In this document: one piece after another, positions 40,395 to 48,535 of the stretch
How the letters are laid out: the number at the start of each line of letters is the position of its first letter
Position numbering within the stretch: the stretch's first letter is position 1
Source: a bacterium
GTDB taxonomy: Bacteria > Pseudomonadota > Alphaproteobacteria > Micavibrionales > UBA2020
NCBI GenBank assembly: GCA_029945425.1
Contig: JAQSDV010000007.1
Span: 278,325-342,324 of the forward strand
Direction of reading: 5' to 3'
DNA length: 64,000 nucleotides
Program-made: the position numbers and the translations under genes
Notes under the pieces: generated by a model
Databases searched by the model: none
What the model saw: the letters and a program-made list of their open reading frames with translations, nothing else
What the model was told of the DNA's origin: nothing

Positions 40395-41200
40395 CACGCA
40401 TCCTGCACATTTCCGACACCCATTTCGGCACCGAAGTGCCCGCCGTGGTCGAGGCGCTGGTGAAACAGGAGGCAACGCTGAAACCCGATATCGTCATCCT
40501 GTCGGGCGACGTGACGCAGCGCGCACGTAAATCCGAATTCGCGGCGGCGAAGGCGTTTTTTACGCGCATCGGCGCGCCGGTCCATCTGGCGGTGCCCGGC
40601 AACCACGACCTGCCGCTTTACGACGTGCTGACGCGGAGCATCAACCCCTACCGCTTCTACGGCAAATTTTTCGGCGCGCGGCAGCAGGTGTGGCAGGACG
40701 GCCGCATGGCGGTCGTGTGTCTGGATGCGACGCACCCCTTGCGCCATACACGCGGCGAAACGAAACTGGAATCCGCGCGGGATTTACTGGAATCCGCACG
40801 TCGCGCCATCGGGCCGAACGGGTTGCTTTGCGTGGCGGAACACCAGCCGCTGGATGTGAAGATGCCGGATGATATTCCCGAGATTTTAATGAACCCCGGA
40901 GCGACCGCCAAACTGTTCTCTCATTACAGGGTCGACATCGTGTTCAGCGGCCATGTGCATTTCCCGCTGATCCGCGACACGCATAAACTGTTCAGGCTGC
41001 CGCGCCATTTCATCATCAGCGGCGCAGGCACCGCCGTATCGCGCCGCACGCGATCAAACGCGCCCAATTCATTCAATCTGGTGGATATCAAGGATGGCGG
41101 CGTCACGATCGCGCTGCATGTGTACCAGCCAGGCGGCGATTTCACGATCGCGCAGCAGGCGGTGTTCAGCCGCGAAGATAGCGGCTGGCGCGGCGCTTAA
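40391..41200 (+). CDS. Metallophosphoesterase
   Basis: ILHISDTHFG, LSGDVTQ, PGNHD and SGHVH are present. The start overlaps the upstream stop as ATGA. Confidence 0.75.
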   Translation: MTRILHISDTHFGTEVPAVVEALVKQEATLKPDIVILSGDVTQRARKSEFAAAKAFFTRIGAPVHLAVPGNHDLPLYDVLTRSINPYRFYGKFFGARQQVWQDGRMAVVCLDATHPLRHTRGETKLESARDLLESARRAIGPNGLLCVAEHQPLDVKMPDDIPEILMNPGATAKLFSHYRVDIVFSGHVHFPLIRDTHKLFRLPRHFIISGAGTAVSRRTRSNAPNSFNLVDIKDGGVTIALHVYQPGGDFTIAQQAVFSREDSGWRGA

Positions 41201-42927
41201 TTTTTGCCTTCGAGTTTTTCCAGCAATTCGCGTGACGGCAGGCCGTCATCGTTCCAGCCGAGGCTTTTCTGCCAGCTGCGGATGGCGGCTTCGGTCTGCA
41301 CGTTCATCTCGCCCGGCACGGTCGTGTGCGGAATTTCGCCGCGTTGCAGCAGCGCTTCCTGAATGCGTTTCACCAGATCATCGCCCTGCTCCGCTGTCGG
41401 CGCGAGGGATTTTTTGGAAGGCGCAGCTGCCACTTCCTCGTCGGGCGTGGTTTCGTCGCCCTGCCCGTATTCCGTTTCGTCTTGCTTGGCCAGCATATCG
41501 CCCGCATAGGGCTCGGCCGCAGGGCCGGAAAGGCGCGCGAGGGATTTTTTAGCTTCCGCATGGCCTTCATTCGCCGCCGTCTGGTACCATTCCGCCGCTT
41601 TGGTCAGGTCGGCGGGGCCGATGAAATTGCTTTCATACAGTACGCCCAGATTATAGGCCGCCTGCGATACGCCCGCATTCGCCGCTTGTTTAAAGAACGC
41701 GACGCCGCGCGAAATATTGCGCTCCGCGCCGATGCCTTCGATATTCGCGATGCCGAGGTTGTACATGGCTTCGGGATGGCCCAGTTGCGCCGCGCGTTCA
41801 TACCAGCTCAATGCCGCTGCCGCATCCTGCGGCACGCCAAGGCCCTGCTGGTACATCACGCCCAGATTGTAATGCGCGTTCGCCATGCCTTTTTCGGCGG
41901 ATTTGGTGAACCAGAAAACGGCGCGTCCGTAATCGCGCTGCACGCCGCCTGTGCCAGCCACATACAGCGCGGCCAGATCATGCTGCGCCGCCGACACGCC
42001 CGCAAAGGCGCGGGATTCAAGCGTTTGATAGGTCGTAGGCAGCAGCTGGTCGCGGTCGATGCCGCTTACGGTTTCATTCTTCACGGGTTCACCGGCGGCA
42101 ATCGCCTTTTGCTCGACCGTCTGCGCGGCGGCGGCAAGGGGAATGGGTGCCGTATCATTCGCGGGCTGCGCGAGGGGCTTTTCCACCGTGATCGCGGTTT
42201 CGACCGGCGCGACGGCAATAGAAGGCGTCTCCGCCGTCGCTTCGACAACAACAGGCGTTTCCACCGTCACTGCCGCCACTTCGGCTGCGGGTTTTTCATC
42301 GGCTAGAATTTCAGTTGTGGTCGCTGTGGCATCACCGGCTGCAGGCTCGATCGCGGAAAGTTCTTCCGGCGTCAGCTGCTGTTCGATCTGCGCGATCTCG
42401 ACTTTTTCCTCTTCGTTCGTTCCTTCGGCGGCGGTTTCGACCGGTGCCGCGTCAGGCGCGGGTGCCGCTTGCGTGAAGCGCGAAATATCGATGTTGTTGG
42501 CGGGATCAACGGCGGGGCCGTTCATGCGCGCGAATTGCGTGTCGGTCAGGCTGTCGAGCGCAGCCATTTGCGCGGCGGTCAATTGCGGCGCGGATGCGGG
42601 TTCGCGGTAAAGCACAAGGCCGACCGCCAGCAACGCGATCACGCTGCTCGCAACCGACAGCGCGGATTGCCAGCGTGTGCTGGCCACGGGCGGGCGATCC
42701 GCCTGCACCAGCATAGGCAAATAAATCTTGCCGGTTTTGTCGTCACGCTCCGATGCGCTTTCGATCTGCGCCAGAACTTGCGAGAAACTCGCCCGTTCCG
42801 TTTCGGCGCGTTCCAGCTTGCGGCCCAGACGTTCGATGGCGCGGAACATCTCCTGATTGATGCGCTCCTGCTGCGAGGCGGGCGGGGTGTTGTCGGAAAC
42901 GGGCACAAGACGGGGCTGGACAGTCAT
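41197..42927 (-). CDS. Sel1-repeat protein with an N-terminal coiled coil and TM helix and a C-terminal peptidoglycan-binding domain
   Basis: It has Sel1 units (AQHDLAALYVAG, NAHYNLGVMYQQG, AMYNLGIANIEG) and a PG_binding_1-like tail (VKRIQEALLQRGE, AIRSWQKSLGWNDDG). Confidence 0.7.
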   Translation of the reverse strand: MTVQPRLVPVSDNTPPASQQERINQEMFRAIERLGRKLERAETERASFSQVLAQIESASERDDKTGKIYLPMLVQADRPPVASTRWQSALSVASSVIALLAVGLVLYREPASAPQLTAAQMAALDSLTDTQFARMNGPAVDPANNIDISRFTQAAPAPDAAPVETAAEGTNEEEKVEIAQIEQQLTPEELSAIEPAAGDATATTTEILADEKPAAEVAAVTVETPVVVEATAETPSIAVAPVETAITVEKPLAQPANDTAPIPLAAAAQTVEQKAIAAGEPVKNETVSGIDRDQLLPTTYQTLESRAFAGVSAAQHDLAALYVAGTGGVQRDYGRAVFWFTKSAEKGMANAHYNLGVMYQQGLGVPQDAAAALSWYERAAQLGHPEAMYNLGIANIEGIGAERNISRGVAFFKQAANAGVSQAAYNLGVLYESNFIGPADLTKAAEWYQTAANEGHAEAKKSLARLSGPAAEPYAGDMLAKQDETEYGQGDETTPDEEVAAAPSKKSLAPTAEQGDDLVKRIQEALLQRGEIPHTTVPGEMNVQTEAAIRSWQKSLGWNDDGLPSRELLEKLEGKN

Positions 42928-43173
42928 GACATTTACCTGAAATTCCGCGCTTCCGGCGGAAGGGCGGTATGGGTGACCAAATTTTTCGTATCTGGAGGGC
43001 AGATTAGCAGATTCTCCAACCGGATCACAGCCTTAAACCATCCACAGGCTGCGTCCAAACAGGGTGGTTGAAAGCCCCTTTCCAAGCCCTTGATTTTTCA
43101 TAGCGATAACCCCGCATATATGAAACTTGCGGAATCGAATCTTTTTATATATTGTCCTGACACTTCCGGATAT

Positions 43174-43248
43174 TGGGGTGTAGCCAAGCGGTAAGGCAGC
43201 GGTTTTTGGTACCGCCATTCCTAGGTTCGATCCCTAGCACCCCAACCA
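43174..43248 (+). tRNA. tRNA-Gln (anticodon UUG)
   Basis: A 75-nt cloverleaf. The acceptor is TGGGGTG/CACCCCA, the anticodon stem GCGGT/ACCGC and the loop TTTTGGT, with a CCA end. It is very close to my memory of E. coli tRNA-Gln. Confidence 0.9.
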
Positions 43249-43440
43249 CCCATTCGGGCCTTCCCTATCATGTGAGAGAACTAGTGCGGAAAGGCCCGCA
43301 TTTGGCGCACGTTTCGCGGATGCGGTTTTTCGCCTAACTACTGAGAATGGTTAATTCCGGGGCAGACAGCCCCGTTTTCTCAGTTGAGTGTTTTTCAGGT
43401 TAGGCGGCATTTCAAAGGTTTGGAGATTCGAACCTGAGAT

Positions 43441-44964
43441 TTATGCGATCTCGAAGGTCTTGTGAATGAGGCGTCCGACGAACACTTCGGAGTGGCCGTC
43501 GCGTTCGGCGATTTGACGCATGGTTAAGCCATTAAAGTGCTGATCCCTCCAGACCACCCCCCGGAGGAGGTCACGGAGCTCATGGGAGGGCAATTCCAGA
43601 GGATCTGAGGCATTCCGGCTATCTTTAAGCACCACAGTCCCACGCCACGATTTACGGGCTTGGTAGGGTACTGCGATTTCAGCCGTTTCATTCACCGCTG
43701 CGACAGGCAGGGCAAAGCCCAGATCTTCTTCAATCAGCTTCGCCAGCCCACTCATATTGATCAGAATGTTAACGGTATCGATGCCCATGAGCACCTTCCT
43801 AACGCAACGCTCCAGAATCTTGTCAATCGGCAGGCATTCGCATTTTATCGAGATTAAACGTAATAAGTCGTAATACTGGTCATGTGGGATGCCCAGCATA
43901 TTCGCCAACTGCACGGAGTCTGCCAGTCGCTCCCTGATCCGCTGCTCTATAAAGGTTTCAATCTCGTGAGCCGGGATGCGGGCGATAACTGCTTTTGGAT
44001 GATTCCGGTACAGGAGCTTGTTTCGGCTGACATAGTACCGATAACGACGCCCTTTTTTAGTCGAGAATACTGGACTGTAAATCGTCCCCTCCTCGTCATA
44101 GAGAAGCCCTTGCAGCAGATGATTTTGGGCAGGCCGAATATCCCCGCGCGGACGAACTCCCTGAAGACCCAGCTTCTGTTGTACGGAATCATATGTTTCC
44201 GCTGCAATTATAGACTGATGCTGGCCTTTATAGACTTCGCCCTTATGCCGGGTCTGTCCCAAGTAAAGCGGGTTTTGCAGCATCCAGTAGAGGACGCCGC
44301 GACTGAAACTGTGCCCTGCCTTTGATCTGATGCCTGCAGCATCCAGATGCTCCTTCGTCTTTTGAACACACCCCAGCTCCAGATATTTTTGGAATATATA
44401 CTGCACCCTCTCTGCTTCATGCGCGTTAATCATCAAAAGACGGTCTTTGACGTCATATCCAAGCGGCACGGAACCGCCCATCCACATGCCTTTCTTCTTG
44501 CTGGCTGCAATCTTGTCGCGGATGCGCTCCCCTGCCACCTCGCGCTCAAATTGCGCGAAGGACAGCAACACGTTCAGCGTGAGCCGCCCCATCGACGTCG
44601 TTGTATTAAACGACTGAGTTACGCTCACAAACGTAACGCCATGGGCATCAAACACTTCAACTAGCTTTGCAAAATCCATGAGTGATCGCGTGAGGCGGTC
44701 TATTTTGTAAACAACAATGATATGGACCTTGCCCGCTTTGATGTCCGCCATCAGCCGCTTTAGCGCAGGGCGTTCCATGTTGCCGCCGGAAAAACCGCCA
44801 TCGCTGTATTCTTCTTTTACTGCCACCCAGCCCTCTGCCTTCTGACTTGTTATATAGGCAAGACATGCCTCCCGTTGCGCGTCCAGCGAGTTAAAACCCT
44901 GCTCAAGGCCTTCTTCAGACGATTTGCGGGTATAAACCGCGCAGTATTTAATCACCGATTTCAT
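43441..44964 (-). CDS. Large serine recombinase
   Basis: It has an N-terminal resolvase domain (AVYTRKSS, catalytic Ser context, VYKIDRLTRSL), a recombinase domain and a long C-terminus, 507 aa in all. Confidence 0.85.
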   Translation of the reverse strand: MKSVIKYCAVYTRKSSEEGLEQGFNSLDAQREACLAYITSQKAEGWVAVKEEYSDGGFSGGNMERPALKRLMADIKAGKVHIIVVYKIDRLTRSLMDFAKLVEVFDAHGVTFVSVTQSFNTTTSMGRLTLNVLLSFAQFEREVAGERIRDKIAASKKKGMWMGGSVPLGYDVKDRLLMINAHEAERVQYIFQKYLELGCVQKTKEHLDAAGIRSKAGHSFSRGVLYWMLQNPLYLGQTRHKGEVYKGQHQSIIAAETYDSVQQKLGLQGVRPRGDIRPAQNHLLQGLLYDEEGTIYSPVFSTKKGRRYRYYVSRNKLLYRNHPKAVIARIPAHEIETFIEQRIRERLADSVQLANMLGIPHDQYYDLLRLISIKCECLPIDKILERCVRKVLMGIDTVNILINMSGLAKLIEEDLGFALPVAAVNETAEIAVPYQARKSWRGTVVLKDSRNASDPLELPSHELRDLLRGVVWRDQHFNGLTMRQIAERDGHSEVFVGRLIHKTFEIA

Positions 44965-45379
44965 TAGCTTCCTTTCTTTTCAAGCCGAAGAAGACTCGTC
45001 CATTCCAACGTGTTCCGGTGATGTCGGATGCAATCTGCGACAGACTTGTATAAAGCTTGCTCTGATATTCGAAGCCGTCTGGCTTGACGACTACAACATG
45101 CTGCTGCCCATTATAAGTTCGCAGCAGCTTTACTCCCGGCTTCAGCCCGGCAGGCCCCTGCTCGAAAGATTTAGGATCACGTTTGTATGCTGCTGCGAGA
45201 TAAGCCAGCCGTTTCTGCTGCTCCGCCGACAGGCCTGCGCCGCTGGTTTCCCGCAGCTTGAAGTCCAGGCTTTTTTCCAGCATGAGCCGCCCGATCCGTG
45301 CATGTGGCTTAATGCCCCATGCCTCGGACCATCTGCGGCGCAGTTCCTCGAGTGGCATTTCAGAAACGCTCCCCGTCAT
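44948..45379 (-). CDS. DUF2924 protein
   Basis: EELRRRWSEAWGIKPHARIGRLMLEKSLDFKLRE is present. It overlaps the recombinase start by 17 nt. Confidence 0.65.
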   Translation of the reverse strand: MTGSVSEMPLEELRRRWSEAWGIKPHARIGRLMLEKSLDFKLRETSGAGLSAEQQKRLAYLAAAYKRDPKSFEQGPAGLKPGVKLLRTYNGQQHVVVVKPDGFEYQSKLYTSLSQIASDITGTRWNGRVFFGLKRKEANEIGD

Positions 45380-45699
45380 CCGCTACGCTGCATCTTATTG
45401 TTCTCAATCCGATAAAGACGCTTTTGGCCATCTTTCGGCCTGCTGGAGGTGATTTTGCAGCCGTGGCCTTTTGGTAACGTCCGCGAGAGAATGCTTCTTA
45501 CGGTATGGGGCTGCCAGCCCGTTGCTTTTACAATGTCATCTAGCGTAGCGCCCTGCGCTCGGCTCAGCAATTTAATGACTGAGCTGATTTTGGTGCCTCG
45601 CTTCACGGGTGAGTAGGCTTTTGATTTGGCTTTATCAGAGTTGCTTTTTGCCTTTGCAGACAGGACTGTGTTCGGGGATGGGGATTTTATTTTGGGCAT
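45376..45699 (-). CDS. DUF3489 protein
   Basis: VIKLLSRAQGATLDDIVKATGWQPHTVRSILSR and RLYRI are present. It has an ATGA overlap with the DUF2924 gene. Confidence 0.65.
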   Translation of the reverse strand: MPKIKSPSPNTVLSAKAKSNSDKAKSKAYSPVKRGTKISSVIKLLSRAQGATLDDIVKATGWQPHTVRSILSRTLPKGHGCKITSSRPKDGQKRLYRIENNKMQRSG

Positions 45700-45933
45700 G
45701 ATTATTCTCCTTTCCCTCCATGAACGCTTCCTTTAGGCAATTGAGCCAGCCGAACCAGAGCAATCTGATGACGAAGATAGAAGATGAATGATCGATAAAT
45801 TATCGTGGTGAGCAGCAATCTTGCTTAATCGCCCGATTTTTGGACATAGTCGCACCATGTACTAGGTACAGCACATTGTTAATCTCAAAATAAAAGGATC
45901 AGCGTCATTTGTGGCGAACTTCAATCCAGCCAA

Positions 45934-46425
45934 TTAGACTAAGAGAAGAACAGATTCTTTTTCATTATGAACTGATACACTTATTCCGCTAGGAAAGCTT
46001 TCTGTTCCGATGATTACCATGATGAAATATTTGAGAGAGTGTTCGGAATCTCGGTAGCAATTTCGAATGCTTTTCAAATCTTTAATAGATGGTTCTGGAA
46101 TGGATTCCGGATGAGTATGCCAGTCGCCCACGAAATGTAAGCCGTCTGCATAATTTTCTCTAATTTCAGCCCGTTCAGACTTTCGATTGGGCAGAAAAAA
46201 GAATCGTCCCCGCTTGTCATTTTCCTTAGGGCCCGTTGCCTTGCATACCAGAACTTCACCCTCGCTGTAACGTGCATAGAGCTGTCCGCCGGCTTCCGTT
46301 GACTTTGGGTCCAGCTGACGATGCTTTTCAAAGCAAGCAATCACACTTTCTTCGAAGCGGATGGTAATTGTTATTCCGTCTGTGAATCGCATTCGTGTAA
46401 TACCGGTCCCGTGCATGAGCGACAT
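45934..46425 (-). CDS. JAB/MPN (JAMM) metallopeptidase-domain protein
   Basis: It has an upstream Glu (STEAGGQLY) and a complete JAMM motif (HTHPESIPEPSIKD, that is H-x-H-x7-S-x2-D), 163 aa in all. Confidence 0.7.
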   Translation of the reverse strand: MSLMHGTGITRMRFTDGITITIRFEESVIACFEKHRQLDPKSTEAGGQLYARYSEGEVLVCKATGPKENDKRGRFFFLPNRKSERAEIRENYADGLHFVGDWHTHPESIPEPSIKDLKSIRNCYRDSEHSLKYFIMVIIGTESFPSGISVSVHNEKESVLLLV

Positions 46426-46633
46426 TCAGAGTTTTTTTTGAGATCTGCGATTGTTCTGAAATAGCCTTGGCCACTGCTACGCGAAGCGACTAAAGATTCC
46501 GCAAAATTTGTCCACTTCCCATTTCTATCCCGCACTTGCTGGGATGAACCCAGCCATGACCTGATTTGGGAGGATTTCACGCTGTCCAATAGGACATTAA
46601 CAGTCAATTCGGCAATCATAGCGACTATAGGAG

Positions 46634-47200
46634 TTACTTCAATGCTACTGAATGGCTGAAATATCCGCCTGGCCGATAAGAGGCCGCGCGCTTACCACAA
46701 CGACTACCGTCGGCGGCGATATCCCACTCGTACTGGCAGTTACCAGGATATGGTTTCGAATAATTATCGTTGCCTCCAAAACCACTTCCGCTGCATCCGC
46801 CATTTTGAGAACAAACGGCAATCGCCGCAGCACCTGCAAGGATCGCTACGCCAACTGCAGCCTTTTGTGCGGCTTCACGCTCTTCTACAATCTTCCCGTT
46901 TACGTATGTTGTTACTCGTGCATAAGCGACTTTATTCGACATCTTCTTTTTGTCGTAAGCGACACGACATTGCTTCATGAGGGACAGAAACTCACGTGAG
47001 CTGTCGCTGTAATAGTCGTTTTCTGTCGCACGTTTAGAGACCGTGACCTTCTTTGTCATGCAGTCATGGAAAGTGGAGAATTTAGATTTAGGATATCCAC
47101 AAGAAGCCATCGTGTTTGGCATAGAAGAGTAGCGACCGGTACACGCCGAGAGCATTATGCATGCGGCGATAATAAGCATTTTTGTTTTCATTTTGCCCAA
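46634..47200 (-). CDS. Lipoprotein, hypothetical
   Basis: It has a lipobox (IMLSACTG), a Gly/Cys-rich stretch and the C-terminal GNCQYEWDIAADGSRCGKRAASYRPGG. Confidence 0.55.
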   Translation of the reverse strand: MGKMKTKMLIIAACIMLSACTGRYSSMPNTMASCGYPKSKFSTFHDCMTKKVTVSKRATENDYYSDSSREFLSLMKQCRVAYDKKKMSNKVAYARVTTYVNGKIVEEREAAQKAAVGVAILAGAAAIAVCSQNGGCSGSGFGGNDNYSKPYPGNCQYEWDIAADGSRCGKRAASYRPGGYFSHSVALK

Positions 47201-47452
47201 TAAATGAAGATGAATATGCTGAGATTATGCCGAGTACAGTCATTCAAAGCTACATTTATTATGTGAATACCATCGTATTCAATTTATCGAAATGGGGGTT
47301 GAGGTAGCTTGGGGCTAATGTTTGGAATGGGGACAAAGAGAGCTGCCCGCTAAATACCATCGTATGAAGCGCAGAAAGAGTTTTGAACCTGGGTACCTTT
47401 TACTTCTTTGAATTGCTGCGGAAGCAGAAGCATTAAAAAAACATTTACGCCG

Positions 47453-48367
47453 TCATTTTTTTGCATGGCTAAACAGCCATTTCCACGTTGGCTCTCCGTA
47501 TAAAAATGACGAGGGGCAGTTATGCCCCATCTCTGCCAGCTCGGTATAGGCAACATCGCCGCCGTTTTTCTTTGCGATGCTGGTGACCATGCGCGGCACA
47601 TCGGCTGGTATGACGGTATCCGCGCCTCCCTGCATCACCCACATCGGCACCCCTGTCATTTTAGGTGCGTCATTCGCGTTCCACACGCCCGATATTGGCA
47701 TGGCAGCCGCGAAGATATCAGGATAGTGCCGCACAGCCCCAAATGCGCCCATGCCACCCTCAGAGCAGCCAATCACATAAATCCGCTTCGGGTCGATCGG
47801 GTGTTCGGCCAGAAGAGATTTGATGAGGCGTACCGTGCCAGGCAGGCCTTGTGCAAGACGGGGCGGCAGCTTGATTTCCGGATGCCCTTGCACTTGGCCT
47901 GCATTCGACCACAGCCATGTTTGCGGCAGCACGGGCGCGATGATGAAGGCGGGATATTTCACCTGCATGTCCTGCTGGATCAGGTATTTCCCTGCATAGG
48001 CATTACCGTGCCCGCCATGCAGTATCAAGACGAGCGGGAATTTGAGTCCCGGCGGATAGGGCGCGCCCGCTGGCTGGAACCAATAATAGGGCAGGTCGTA
48101 ATGCACATTCTGCTCCGGCGCAAAAAATTCCGGTCCCGCGCCCGTCACGCGATAAGACTTCTTCGTGAAATATTTCGTGTATTCGTCAAAAGGCTGCGTG
48201 GTGCGCGCAACGAAGGGAACGAGGGTTACAGGCTGTTCGGTCGTAACAGGCGTGGATTGCGCGGCTGGGGCGGGTGGCATTCTGAATTTTTTAAAGGCAA
48301 ACATGCCTGCCACCGCCAGTACCACGATGGCCACGACAATCACAAAGAATGAATTGTTCTTTTGCAT
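47453..48367 (-). CDS. Membrane-anchored alpha/beta hydrolase, homologue of the 2242-3369 product
   Basis: It has an N-terminal TM helix (FFVIVVAIVVLAVAGMFAF), LVLILHGGHG, a nucleophile elbow (VIGCSEGGMG) and QGGADTVIP. Confidence 0.65.
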   Translation of the reverse strand: MQKNNSFFVIVVAIVVLAVAGMFAFKKFRMPPAPAAQSTPVTTEQPVTLVPFVARTTQPFDEYTKYFTKKSYRVTGAGPEFFAPEQNVHYDLPYYWFQPAGAPYPPGLKFPLVLILHGGHGNAYAGKYLIQQDMQVKYPAFIIAPVLPQTWLWSNAGQVQGHPEIKLPPRLAQGLPGTVRLIKSLLAEHPIDPKRIYVIGCSEGGMGAFGAVRHYPDIFAAAMPISGVWNANDAPKMTGVPMWVMQGGADTVIPADVPRMVTSIAKKNGGDVAYTELAEMGHNCPSSFLYGEPTWKWLFSHAKK

Positions 48368-48535
48368 GTTTTGCCCCTTTGATCCGTCCAGTTTTCTGCT
48401 TAATTTCTGGTTGTTACCAGGGAGTCATATATTTGCACTGGCTAACCCTGAGCGCTCATTTAAGATTCCGGCACATGACTGCATCTGCACCTACTTAGGT
48501 GATGCTCCTTCTCCAGTACTGAACTACTGCCACGA

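Noticed and set aside
43405-43432. ggagattcgaacctgag as a tRNA T-arm fragment marking an att repeat.
   Set aside because: The flanking bases do not pair as a T-stem on either strand, and there is no similarity to the tRNA-Gln 3' end.
46423-46440. The A8/T8 tract as a slippage site that fuses the 82-aa ORF to the JAB gene.
   Set aside because: In the JAB frame a TGA lies immediately before the ATG at 46425, so no shift inside the homopolymer can create a fusion.
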